Below, in pieces: positions 50,621 through 63,360 of a stretch of DNA of 64,000 nt; positions within the stretch are counted from its first letter, which is position 1, and the number at the start of each line of letters is the position of its first letter. The stretch spans positions 806,001 to 870,000 of the forward strand of contig CM074819.1 of the NCBI GenBank assembly GCA_037447605.1, in the 5' to 3' direction. A program made the translations under genes and the position numbers. The notes under the pieces are model-generated. The model ran no database searches, was not told where the DNA came from, and saw only the letters and a program-made list of their open reading frames with translations. The DNA is from Zygnema circumcarinatum SAG 698-1b (lineage: Eukaryota; Plantae; Zygnematophyceae).

Positions 50621-53600
50621 GTGCGGAGCGGCCGAACACACACTTCTCCTTCTTCGTTGACATTCATTCGCTCATTTCGACTGTTCTGCTTGGAGTAGGA
50701 CCTTCTACATGTGTTCAGTCACAGTTGTCTGGAAAGCACTTTCTCTCTATCCGTCAAGCATGGCTGCAGTAGGATTTGGCCTCCATCCTTTTCGACAAAT
50801 ATCCTGTGTCAAGTTTGAGCACATTGGATGCAAATGGCACTGTTTCACCTGCAGTAGTTCGCTGTCACGCAGTACAGTAACTACATGTGCAGAGGCTGCC
50901 AGGGAGGGGTCAAGACCAAATGCGTGCTCCGGTTTCATATTTCAAGCAGCAGTGAGTGAGTCTAAAAATGAAAGAACGAAGTATCGTCCTGCAGAAACAT
51001 GAAACATGCACCAACAAAGTGTTGATGTATAGGTTACATCAAGGTGTTGGCACTTAGTTGCTCGCATGAATGTTGTCCGGGACATCAATGTGTTGGTGGA
51101 AAAAGTACAATGTGGTATAGGGACAATGTCCATGCATGGATGGTCATGTTTGGTGAAGGACCGAACATGGGGGGTGCCCGTATCATTAAGGCACGGTACG
51201 GCAGGTCTATGGGTGGTCTATGGTCGTAGGTTTGCGGCCTAGGCTTAGACCGCACCAAAGGGGGTGCGCGGAATGCGCCTGAACGGATGGATCGCGGCCG
51301 TACAAACGGCGCCCGACTGTACGGACGACTCGGAAGTGTACGAACACGGAGATTTGGGCGCGAGAGGCGGATTTGCGTAAAGCGACATGATTGGTTGCGA
51401 CAGTGCGGAAATCGCGGCGCATCTCCGTGACACATGGTTCGGCAATGTCGGTGGAGGAGAATTTGAGATGTCGCTGATTGGTCGGGGTGAGAGCGTGGTG
51501 TACGGAGCGCGCGACATGTGGCGCGACGGACGGACTTCAATGGTAGTGCGCGAAGCGGCGGCGCAAAGCGTCAGTGGTGCCGCTTCAGCATGTCGGTGGC
51601 GAATCAGGTGACGCCACGTGGACCATGTTGATAGTGGGTCCACGGGTGTGCGCTGACGGCAGGATGGACGCCGGCCGGTTTGCCGAACGAGTGCACTTGC
51701 AAGGGCGGGCGTGACGTGATATCTAGTGTCACGTCACATTGTCATGGTTGTATGAGAGGGAGCAAGCTTGGCTCTCTCACTCACTCATTCTCGCTGGATG
51801 TTATGCTGCTTGAACTTTGCTGTTTAGGAATATTATGTGAAGGCTGAGGCCTAGAGGATTCTGGCCTTGTGTAGGAAGGTCGTGAAGGAACAAGTTCTCA
51901 TCATGCTAAGCTTTATTGGAGAAGTTAGGTGGTGTGTTGCCCATGTGTTGAGGTAGAGTAGTTCTTGGAGGCATGAACTGTTTGGCTATTGGAGTTGAAG
52001 TGTAAGCTATTTATCAGAGGATAGGATAGTGCTAGGGTCGTGGGCTTTCTCCGTATTATTTTGTCCTTCGTCGTGTGGAGTCCTTGTGTTGGACTGGCGT
52101 GGTGGATGAGTGGAGGCGACCATTGTATGGGCGGTGTGTCGCTCCACACGATTGGAGGTAAAAACCCTAAAAACCCTAAAAACCCTAAAAAAGGAGCCGA
52201 GACCATGGAGGAGATGAAGAAGTGTTCATGTAGGTGGCGCGTTTAGTTTCCGCTGTGTGCGCCTAGCGAGGGGTGGATGAGAAGGTAAGGTAAGGTAAGC
52301 GGTATGTGGCCCAAGGAGAAGTGGAGGAACGTTTTGAGTGTCATCCGGGCATGTGTTTGTGTTTATCCTGACTCGAGTCCTCCTTGCACCAACACAAAGT
52401 TCTGAACAAAATGCAGCCCCTTCAAGAAAATGGGAATTTGAGGAATTGGGTAATTATACTCGGCAAGAGAAGAAGTTTGAAACTGATTGTGGCTAATTGC
52501 CAAACATGTGAGCGCGCGCGAATGAACGTCGATGCCTCGTTGAACAATTAAAAAACTTCTGTTGGTAAACTTGCTTTGTCTGCAAAACTGATCAATAGTG
52601 TATGATTAGTTGCTCGTGACTGGTTTGAATGAAACCATGGCGTTGTTTGGTCGACAGTTTCGTTTAGTTTTGTAAGTTGTGTGTCTATTAAGGAGGTTCC
52701 TAGGGTTGTGGGAGAGCTCTCAATGGGCATTGGTGCAGCCACAAGGCACTACCTCTGTCTATGGGGGGATCAATCAAATCAAAGTTTGATCAATCAAAGT
52801 TTTTGTCAATGGTTGTCTATGGTCGTTTTTCTGTATGGTCACTTCGTATCACGTCTTCAGATCTATTGAAATTATATTCGAAAGGCAATGAAGTGCGATG
52901 TTAATGCAGATTGCGCTTTGCTGCTACTGTAACGAATTGTTTTCCGCTAATCCCCATTTTATGTTTGGATTCTCTGGTGATCCTTGCTCAGACTCCCATC
53001 AACGAAAGGTAGAAGCACATACATCGACGAATCACTGACAAGTTTTTCAGGCTGTGATGTCTCGCAATCTCACATGTACAAATCCTTTACAGAGGTTCAA
53101 TGAGACTTCCAAGTTGAGTCTAAGTTGAAAGAGAATTATCGAGGTCCTTATGGTTTTATTTCCTCCAAAATTGTAAAGTGATTATCATGCTGAATCAGCA
53201 TTTTCTTGCTGAAGGGCCCACTAGCTGCATACATTGCGAAATGTTTTTTGGCGTAGCAACAAGGACACAGTTTGTATCCGCGAGTTCTACTCCTGCCTTG
53301 GCTATTCAGCTGTACACAGAGAGGAACGTTCTCAGGACAAATTATAGACCTGACCCTTTCGTTGGTAGCCTCTCAATGTTGAAAGACTTTAAAGCGTTCC
53401 AAGGGTTGGCATGCTAAATTCTTAAAGATCAAAACCCCAACTAAGCAACAATGCCAATTCGAAAGCACAAACATTACCCTCCATTAGCGCTCTCCTCTCT
53501 CTCCCCAAGTCAGAGTGCTTTTATAGCAGCCACTCGAGTCTCGCTGCTTTCCACCCCAACTCGTGGTTTCTAAACCCCCCCCCCCCGGACAGTCCCCTGG

Positions 53601-54612
53601 GCACAGGGCCGCCCCAGCTCATCCGTACAACGAGTGCTCGTACAACCAATAGATGCTGCGCTCAATTCCAAAGGATGGCTCCACTACAAGAGGGAGTGAA
53701 GTTCCGGCCCTGCAAGAAAAAAAAAAAAAAAGGTTCCGGCCCTTCAAAACTTACCAGCAAGTTCGAGGGGGGGGGGAGAGGGATGGGGGAAGAGGGGNNN
53801 NNNNNNNGGGAGAGGGAGGGGGGAAGGGAGAGGGAGGGGGGAAGGGAGAGGGAGGGAGTGTGGGGGGGAGAGTGGGCGGGAGGGGGACCTCCAGGAAAGG
53901 AATAAGCATGTGTAAGTTATCTCTTTTTTTGTGGGGCTGAGACTAAATTGGGCAGTGAGTGACTTCTCCTCTCTGAATATTTCAATCTCCATTTCCATGA
54001 TGTTGCCTGTGGGAGTATGGGACCCTTAAAATTTGATAAGCAGAAAAAACTTTACGAAACGTGACAGAGGAGCTTGTCCTTGTTCAACTAATGAAGCGGC
54101 AAAAAGTCAATGACGATGAGGGCATTCATAGATGACGAATAAAAAGACAGATAGACAGGGGCAATAGTGCAAAGAATTGTCCTTTCAAATTACCTCAGCA
54201 CAAGCGTAGAAGCAGCTCTGAATTGAATACTGTACTGCGGCGCTGAAGTGCCTGCCGGGGAAGTGCTGCAAGCGAGGAGATATGGGGGGAGGAGAGAGGA
54301 AGGAACAGTGGGAGAGGTAGGGGAGAGATAGAGAGAGAGAGTGGGGGACGGAGGGAAAGAGGGGTAGAGAAGGGAGGGAAAGTCAAAGAGAGAGAGTTGA
54401 GAGAGAACGAGAGTCTGTAGGGAGAGCTTTTTCAACCCAGCCACTCGTGCAAAGTGAAAAGGGATCAGAAAAGTTGACATGCAAGAAGCGGCGGTTTCGC
54501 TGCCGTGCTTTCCGTTACGGCTGTTGAATGGGGCGAGGGAAGGGGGAGAGAGAGAGAGTGAGAGAGAGTGAGAGAGAGTGTTTACCTCTCGTTTTCGAAA
54601 TTAAGACTCGGG

Positions 54613-55061
54613 TTACTCTTTGGAATCGAAAACACCTTCCTTCGGAGTATCCGTCAAGTCATTGAATGTTTCGATCTGCCATTTTCCGTATTCATAAATA
54701 GTGTAATCAACAATCCCCTGCAAGCATCAATTGAAGAGATGAGTTAAGAAAAGATATTTGAGAAATCCATCAGGAAGACAGACCCTAACGTTTCTTAAAA
54801 AAACAGATTTTGAAAAGTCTTACCGCCATCATTCCGTCAAATTCCGGTTCCTTATCCTCCCCAACAATTTCCTTTGCTTCCTTCCACCACTCGCTGCTCT
54901 TTCCCCACAAGTGTGAATAATCACTCAATTGTCTGACTTGATAATGAGCAGAAAGTGGAGAAAAAAAGCCGGGCTGCTTCTCGTTCGTAGCGATATAGAT
55001 TGTGCTCCCGTTAGCTATATTTTTCTTCTTCAAAACTTCTAACAAACTGCACCAGAGAGAA

Positions 55062-55142
<81 letters not shown>

Positions 55143-56947
55143 TGGCGCCACAAGTCAGTGACTGATCCATGACTTTGGAATTTGTGTTTTGTAAAGTCAT
55201 TCAGTGTGTAAAGAGAGGTCATATTGTACGGGTGGTTGACATTCTGAGGTTATTCATATGAAGTTACAAGTTTAAGTTTAAGTGTAAGGAGAAGTTTTGG
55301 CACTCACTGAGGTGGACTGGTATCTTCATCAAGGTGGGGCCATATTTCTGGTTGCAGAAGTTTATCACCTCTCCGAACATGTACAGCCACAAAGTAATAT
55401 TTCATACTTTCCAGAATTGTCCACACAATCTTCAAAAGGGATGGCGCAAAAAGGAACGCTTCATAGGGACGTTGAATCTTCTGCAAAGGAAAGAATAACA
55501 AGAAATAAAGAATACCTTGAGTGCTGCTTGCAAATGAGCATGAATGTAATCGACAGTTTGCCCCTCCTGCCCTCTCTCTCTCTCTCCCATCCCTCTGTGA
55601 GTTTCCGTCCTCCCTACCTCTTCGTCTCTCTCCTCTCCTCTCCTTTCGTTCTTCTCCCCTCCTTTCCTTTCCTATCAGTCTCACTCCCTCGACTTCACAC
55701 TCCCTCCCTCTCTTCTCCCCCTTTCTAGACGTTCTTGATGAACAATACTCCAAAAGAGGTAGAATGAATAAACGATCACTTTAACGGGCAAGTGCTGAGA
55801 AACTCAAAAACATTCAAACACGAGTAAGTTTGTAGAAAAGACTGCCTCACCGGGTTCTGCAAGCAGACTTCATATGCGTAGTCGCTCTCTCCATAGGAAC
55901 GGTGAACAATGGTGGCATTACTTTTCTGAATTTCTTCAAAAGGAGGACCATTTGTGATTGGAGCTTCCAAAACAGACAATTTATTTTCCGGCCGAAGAGC
56001 TTCCCATTTAGCCCATCCGTCTTGGAACACTTTCATGTCAATTATTGGGAGGGTTCTGCATAGAAAGTATGCCCAAACACCTCCGCAAAACCCCAACTAA
56101 GAAAGCGGAAGGCCATATCTGTGGAAGAGTTGCAGCTCAAGCAGACGCTGCCTCACAATCGTACCCATCTTCATTACTAATATTTCTCCCCCCCCCCCTT
56201 TCCCCCTCTCCCCACCCCTTTCTTCCCTCCATTTCAGTTTATTCATCATCTGAGTTGCCTCAACAGACCCATAAGCCCCACTTAAACGTTTTATTCTAAA
56301 AATGCATCATCAATTTTACCCCAGTGCCAACCCATCACCTTGTTCTGGCAGCCCATCCAAACTCACTTGCGCGTCTTCTCCAAGTCAAAGTAGAGCGCGA
56401 AGGGAGTGATGGTCTCCTTGTCGTCATTGTGTTCGGCGGCAACCCCCACTTCCAGGTCGAGCACGAAGATGCGGCGAAGCAGCACAGCCTCCCCCGCCAT
56501 ACATGTGTAGCTCCACCGCCGATGACTCACTCCCGCGTAAAAATCCTTATAATCTCGCTCATAGAACAGGTACTTCTCCTCCGGGTCGAAAAAATCGTCC
56601 CCATGGCCACTCCGCCATGGAGGATTGGGGGGGGCGAGAGAGAGAGAGGGGGGGGGGGAGGGAGGGGGAGCAGTGGCAAAGTGAGGAGGGGGGGAGGGAG
56701 GAGGAGGAGGGGGACGAGGAGGAGGAGGAAGAGGAGGAGGAAGAAGAGGAGGAGGAAGAGGAGGAGAGGGAGAGGGAGAGGGAGAGAGAGGAGGAGATGC
56801 AGGAGGCGGACTGAGGGGTTTGGTTAGGGCTGCTTCTCTCTCCGCTGGACGAGGGCGCAACATTCGGCCATGTGGCCGGTGGAGGGGCAGTGCCACGTGG
56901 ACCAGCCACCCCCCGAGGGCGATGACGACCACCAGCGTCATCCGCAT
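54613..56947 (-). CDS. O-fucosyltransferase-family protein, SUB1/At4g08810-like; type II membrane anchor and Pro-rich stem, 6 exons
   Basis: Exon 1 from about 56947 to 56367, exon 2 56055-55851, last exon 54717-54613, three internal exons in 55570-54820. Motifs EKYLFYE, SYTCMAGEAVLLRRIFVLD, YFDLE, AVHVRRGDK, IWPHLDEDTSP, IYIATNE, SEWW, EFDGMM, QIETFNDLT. Start codon could be 56980. Confidence 0.88.
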
Positions 56948-58368
56948 GGGGAGCCATCGCGGCGGCCGGCCGGCAGGCATAGATGGATGGGTTCAGGGGG
57001 GGGGGTCAGGATTTAGTCGGGGGTTCTGGAATGGGCTTCAGGTGGTGCATTTCGGTAGTAGTGGTGGGGTGATTGCAGGAGGGAGGAAGGAGGGAGGGAG
57101 GGACGGAGGGGACGGAGAGAGGGGGGGAGGGAGAGGGCGGGAGTGGGAGAGGGAGGGAGTGAGGGAGGGAGTGAGGGAGTGAGGAGGGAGGGCGGGAGTG
57201 GGGGAGGGAGGGCGGGAGTGGGGGAGGGAGGGAGAGACGGACGGTGGAGAGAGGGAGGGAGGGAGGGAGAGAGGGAGTGGGGGAGGGAGGGAGAGAGGTG
57301 AGGGTGGAGAGAGGGAGGGACGGAAAGAGGCTGGGGAGGGAGTGAGGGTGAGAGGTGGGGAGTGAAACCCTAAAATCAGTCGGCGGCGACGGACGTGCGT
57401 AACCGCGGTGGGCCTCGCCGCACGCTTGAAGTGTCCACGTGACGAACACTGATTCGAGCCGCGGTTCTGGGAAAATCCGCAAAACTTTCCATCCACGTGG
57501 CGTACATCGAACCGTTAAATGGCTCCCCAACTGTCCGTTGCGCCACGTAGGATACACTCGACGACTTTTGGCTCATATGGCAATTGATCGAAACTGCGAA
57601 CAGCATGGAACAAGGCACAAGGAAGCGTTGTTGTCCGTACGGCGAGACCGCCGTGGCGCGGGCAACTGCCGAAGTGCCGCGTACGCAACAAGAAATCGAG
57701 TGAGGGAGAGAGAGAGGGCGGGGGAGTGAGAGAGAGGGAGAGGAGGACGGAGGGAGAGGGGGGGAGAGTCTGTGATATTGAGATAGAAATATAGAGACGT
57801 AGTGTTGGAGAGAGGGAGAGAGAGGGGGAGTGAGAGAGTGGGAGAGGGGGGAGAGAGGGAGAGAGTGTGGGGTGGAGAGTGTCTGATATTGAGAGAGAAA
57901 GAGAGAGGGAGAGTGGGAGAGGGCGAGAGAGGGGGGAGTGAGAGAGTGGGCGAGGGGGGAGAGAGGGAGGGAGAGTGGGGTGGAGAGAGTGTAATATTGA
58001 GAGAGAAAGAGAGAGGGAGAGTTGGAGAGAGGGCGAGAGAGTGGGGAGTGAGAGAGAGGGAGAGGGTGGATTGAGATAAAGATGGGGGGGGAGTGAGAGA
58101 GTGTGGAAGAGGGGGAGAGGAGAGGGGGAGAGAGTGGGTGAGATTGAGAGAGAGTGAGAGAGAGGGAGAGTGAAGAGAGGGAGAGAGTGTGGGAGCGGGT
58201 GTGAGAGAGGGATTGAGAGGGAGGGAGCGAGAGTAAGCCAGAGAGAGAGGGAGTGAGTGAGAGAGAAGACGAGAGAGGGAGATATAGGGAGAGAGAGAAG
58301 TAAAAAGAGTGAGACAGCAAGGGCAACTCTCTTCTGCATATCGCATACAATCGTGCCGCTGCACAGCC

Positions 58369-59245
58369 ATGGCTTCGCAGGAAAAGGTCAGGCTCAGGAG
58401 CCGCGAGGATGAAGTGTTTGAAGTGGGTAAGGAAGTTGCTCAGATGTTTGAGGTTCTGGAAGATGTGCAGATAGATGGCGCCATGAATTTGGACGTTAGC
58501 AGCAGGGCTTTGGCGAAAGTGATTGAGTACTGCAAGAAGCATGCGAAGGCGAACAAGGCGGAGGGCAGTGAGGCAGAGGAGGACGAGGAGGAGCTTAAGG
58601 CGTGGGATGCGGATTTTGTGAAGATGGAGAATTCTGATCTCTTCGCCCTTATTGAAGTACGTAATTTCCTTTATGATGCTCCTCCCTTTACTCGACGAGG
58701 ACATTTTGATGGCTAATGTTCGGTTGGGCTGAAGGGAGTTACTCATATGCTGATTTCGTAATTTTTCTTCACGTTGTAATTGCCATCGAAATGTGTTATA
58801 TCTTTTTACCAATTTTGACTGTTGGGAAAGATAATAAACCTTTTGGTATTACCTTTCCCTTGAGCGTTTTGCGATTCTGCAATGCAAGATTTTTTTTTTT
58901 GGGAGTACATTTGAGTGCTGGTTTAAGGCACCTCGTCTGTCGGTGTGCCACGTGGCACTCTTGTCCCTTGGAACAAATTGGAGAGTCCTGGGTTTACTTT
59001 TTAGCGTCTAACCTTATGTTTATGTCATTCATTTGACGCTTCCAGATTGTTGCTGTTTTCTCTGTTTGCAGGCCGCCAACCTTTTGCAAATCAAGAGCCT
59101 GCTGGACCTCACATATCAGACTGTGAATGACATGATCAAGGGGAAGACTCCTGCGGAGATTCGGCGGCTGTTCAACCTTAGGAACGATTTCAGTCAAGAG
59201 GAGGAGGAAGAGTTCAGGCGTGGGAACAAGTGGGCATTTGAGTGA
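58369..59245 (+). CDS. SKP1: SKP1/ASK-like SCF adaptor, copy 2, divergent but intact, 2 exons
   Basis: Exons 58369-58656 and 59072-59245. Motifs [72 protein letters not shown]. Confidence 0.95.
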
Positions 59246-60809
59246 CTGCGAAGGAGCAGAGAGCGTTCTGGCCATGAAGTTCTTTCTATCATTTCGACTT
59301 TTCAGCATGGAATGAATGAATGCCTTCTACATGCGTTCAGCCACACTTTGTAAATGGCGCTTTCTCTATCCAGCAAGCATTGTAGTCAGCGGCGGATTCA
59401 CGGATGTCTCTGGGGAGGGGGTTTAACCCGTCCTTAGATTCTGAAAAGCTGTTCGTCTTTGAAGGTTTAACAGCAGAAAATGCAGTCAGATGTTTTTTCC
59501 CAACTTATTGAGCAGCTCCACGGAAACTAGAATCCGAATTCCGCCACTGATTATAGAATTAGATTTTTGCCTCCATTTTAAGTATCTTAAGCTGAGTGAT
59601 GGTCGATGCAAACGGCACTATGTTGCCGCTAATTCGCTGTCTCGCAGTACAGTACCTGTACATAGGCTACCAGGACCTAAGCGTGTGCTATATTTAAGAG
59701 ATTTCCACGTTTGAAGCGGTAAGTGTGTGGTGCATGTGATTGAATATGAGACGAATAGGAGAAAAAGAGAGAGTTAAAGCTCCCCCTGAAATCGAAAAAG
59801 AGCGAAGGGGAAGGGTGGATAAGGGGAGAGAGAAGAGAAGGGGAGGTGGGAAAGAGAGCGAGGGCAAGTGAGATAGGGAGAGAGAGGGGAAGATATGGAG
59901 GGAGAGGGTGGGAGAGGGAGGGAAGGATATGGAGAGGTGGGAATGGGCTGTCGAGGAAACTAAAAAGAGGAGGACGAGGGGGGAGGATGGGGGAGAACGA
60001 AGATGGTAGAAGAGAGAGGGGAAGGTGAAGGGCCTCGCCATCGTGAGTTTGTTAGTGAGTGGTACATAGTTCATGAAGAGCATGTAGTTGTTTCGGAGTC
60101 TAGTTCGCATGCTAGTCTAGGATCTGCACATTGAGGAGCATGTGGCGCATTCGGATTGGCCGCTGCATTGGCGCGGAGCGCTGTCATTGGTCGAGACACG
60201 TGGCGCTCGGAGATGTACGCGATTGTACGGACGGGGAGCTCCAGAAAACTCGCGGCGTTCCTTACGCCGGAAAATCATTGGCTTGCAAGGCGCGCAGTGG
60301 CGTGACGTGACGGAGAGTGTTCCGGAAGTCACGTCACACTGTGACTGATAAATGGCGAGGCAAATGAGCGGGCTGTAACCCTTAGTGCAGGCTGCTAGGT
60401 GCAGAGTAGAGGCTTGCCAGTGTGTGGTGAAGCTTTACAGCATAAGGGGGACACTCTTGTAGTGGAGTAGAGAAGCGCAGGAGGGGCTCTTGTTGTGTTC
60501 TTGTACTCCGTTTTGAAGTTAAGAGTTTTCAACATTTGTGCATTCTCTTATCATCTGAATCTTCGATCTGTTCATTCATTCTTTGCTTGGGGCAGTCTTT
60601 GCTTGTGAGTGTGATTCTGTGTTTCCGCAAGGCTGGCGTCTCCTAGTTCAAGGAGTAGAGGGATGTCATCCTCAGAGGGATCCTCTACTAGGACCGGAGG
60701 CTCCACATCTACAGAGTTCAATAAAATTTTCTTGTCCTTGAACAAAGTCTCAATCAGTTCGGTCACACTTGTGGATTCTACTTTTTGCCACGAACGATTC
60801 AAGCAATTA

Positions 60810-62231
60810 GGGGGAGTCAGACCTTGTCCATCGCCAAACCAATTCCGCGAGCCCCTCGGGCCAATTCCGCGTTGTACGGCAGGCCTTTTCCGCCAAAAGT
60901 GGACGTTCGACAGGCTCGGGCGCCGCGAATTCAAGAAAGCAATTATTTTAGGGTAGTGATATTTCCACCCCTTTTTTGGATCCAAACACCCCTTCCCGGC
61001 CGGGCAGATTTCAAAAAGGATTAAAAACGGAAAATGCTTTTTCACACCTTTTTGGAATCGATACCCACCCTCTATCGGCAGATTTTATTTTTGCGAATGA
61101 AGGAAAATGATAACCCGTCACCCCATTTTGAATATCCCGCCTACCTGAATTTTTTTTTTCACGCGTGCGGTCAATCGCAGCCGTCGATTCCCTCGCAGAT
61201 CGCAACACGGCAGATCACTATTTGCTCTGCAGCCGGGCAAGGTCACAGCGAATGGCACGTGCCCACGTATCCCGCCAAACTCGTCTCAAAAAGTTGTCCG
61301 TACAAATGTCGTATGGTTGCAACTTTGAGGAACCCAAAATACATTGAGAGCTTGAACCAATCAAAATTTTCCACGTCGATATGTAACACGTGGTAGATGT
61401 TGATTGGTTGGAATCTGACAATGACGAGATCTCGGGCCGAGGGACGCGCGCACTCGCACGTGCGATCCGGCTTTGACGGGACTCGTGGGCGCATTCCATT
61501 CGCTGAAATCGAGCCCGGCTCCAGATCGAACGGTGATCTGCAGTGGTGCGATCTGCGAGGGAAATCGACAGATGCGATTGACATGCACGTGTGAAGGACG
61601 GACACCCGCGAACGATCTCGTGGAGGACGGATCTTCCGCTCCGAGCGGATTCGAGCAGGCAGATATTTCTTTCCATCAAAAAAAAAATTCAGGGAGGCGG
61701 GATACAGTATTCAAAATGCGGTGACGGGGTATCATTTTCCTTGGTTAGCAAAAATAAAATCAGCCGACGGAAGAAGGTGGGTATCGATTCCAAAAAGGTG
61801 TGAAAAAACATTTTCCGTTTTTAATCCCTTTTGAAATCTGCCCGGCCGGGAAGGGGTGTTTGGATCCAAAAAAGGGGTGGAAATATCACTACCCTTATTT
61901 TACCTTTGTACCTCCGGGCCAGGTTTGACTCCCCCCTTTTCGCGCCCCCGCGCTCCCTCCCGCCGCCCGCCGCCCGCCGCCATCCGTTTTGTCGCCACGC
62001 GCGCCTCACACGTGCGAGAGGCGCTCGCACGTGCGTGACGCGCATGGCGACAAGGCGGGGCACGATTCCTCATCGGCGGATAGCTGGAATAACCTATTCC
62101 ACCGTACGGACGTGACAGACAGGTTCGGGGGGAGCCGTGGTTTCCGATCCGAATTCAGAAATCGAAATCAATACCTTTCCGCCGGCGAAATCTTTCAATT
62201 CCGCGGGCGATGGTCAAGGTCTGACTCTCCC
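60810..62231. mobile_element. Outer non-autonomous TIR element (about 480 bp without its nested insert), TA-flanked
   Basis: Left TA|GGGGGAGTCAGACCTTGTCCATCGCC; right end reverse complement TA|GGGAGAGTCAGACCTTGACCATCGCC. Superfamily not assignable. Confidence 0.75.
60951..61894. mobile_element. Foldback/Mutator-like non-autonomous element (944 bp) with long TIRs and 8-bp TSD, nested in the outer element
   Basis: TSD TTATTTTA at 60943-60950 and 61895-61902. TIRs start GGGTAGTGATATTTCCACCCCTTTTTTGGATCCAAACACCCC and are near-perfect for about 200 bp; weaker inverted similarity continues to about 61250/61500. Confidence 0.9.
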
Positions 62232-62569
62232 TAATCTGCGAGATTTTCTTACAGTACCTCGGGCCCAATTTTTGCCGTACGACAGTTTGCGCCAGATCAA
62301 CGATTTTTGTACTTTACAGAAACGGGCGAAATTTGAACGCGAGTGGACCTGGGTCCACGCGCTTTGCGATTGCCAAGATCTAGTTGTTGGTCGGTCGATG
62401 CGAAGTACTGTTTATACTTGAACACGACCGAGAGTTGATTGTTGAGGGGGTGTCAGACTTATCGAAATCTAACGAACAAGAAAAAAATCGGTACTCCGCC
62501 GAAATGGCATGGCATGGCAGCGGCATGTCATGGCATGGCATGAAAGTGTTGTACCATTTGTCCGTACGG

Positions 62570-62684
62570 TATATGTACTGTACTGTACAGTGTACAGTAC
62601 TGTACTGTACAGTGTACAGTACTGTACAGTACTGTACACTGTACTGTACTGTACAGTGTACAGTACTGTACTGTACTGTACAGT
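62570..62684. repeat. Self-complementary TACTG/TACAG pentamer array
   Basis: Direct reading; contains repeated palindromes such as TACTGTACAGTA. Confidence 0.8.
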
Positions 62685-63316
62685 ATGAACAAAGTCGCAA
62701 AGCTGTACGGCCAATAGTTTGAATTTGGCGGTTTCCGTTTAAAAAAAATCAAAATCAACTTCCGAGTCTTGCCAAAAATATTTTCTGAATTGGTCCTTTT
62801 GGCTATGATTTTACAAAATTTTGAAATTATGGATTTCTGTTTATTTAGTCAAGAAATTTTAGCTGTCGTCCGCCATTTCTGAGGGCGACTCTCTCTCAAT
62901 TGACCGGGCCGTTCCATTCTGCGCAGTTTGACAGTTATCTGTTCCGTTTCCGCACATTTCTCGAACTTCCGTTGAGAGGCCGCGCATGTGACGGCAGTTG
63001 TTGGGAGTCAGGGCTTTGCCAGATCCGGCCTTGGGCTTCAGAGTTTTAGGGTTTGGAGTTTAGGGTTTCGGGTTTAAGAAAGTACAGGTTTAGGGTTTGT
63101 GAAGCTTCAGGGGTTTTAGACATTCGGATGGGATTGGGAGTCTCGGAGTTTTTGTTCGGCGATTTTTGAATTTTTTTACGGGTTTTCGGACTTTCGAACT
63201 TCAGGAGTTTGGAAGTAGATTGGAGGGCTCAGAATATTAGGGTTTAGGTTCTGGCGGATTTGAGGGTTTAGGGTTTTGCGGATTTAGGGTTTAGGGTTTC
63301 GCGCAGGGGACGAAAG

Positions 63317-63360
63317 ATGGCGGAGGAGGATGGAGGTTTGCCGCAAGCTGGCAAAGACAG
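63317..63360 (+). CDS. Possible first coding exon of a gene continuing beyond the window (MAEEDGGLPQAGKD...)
   Basis: ATG after a CAG acceptor, AG|GTGCAC donor, followed by a long TTAGGG-like intron; product not identifiable. Confidence 0.35.

Noticed and set aside
57376-58812. 478-aa minus-strand ORF opposite SKP1
   Set aside because: Antisense shadow of SKP1 exon 1 plus CT-repeat sequence; no independent motifs.
60572-61045. 157-aa minus-strand ORF with an acidic tail
   Set aside because: Runs across two transposon boundaries, so it is a chance fusion; the tail was not recognisable as any family.
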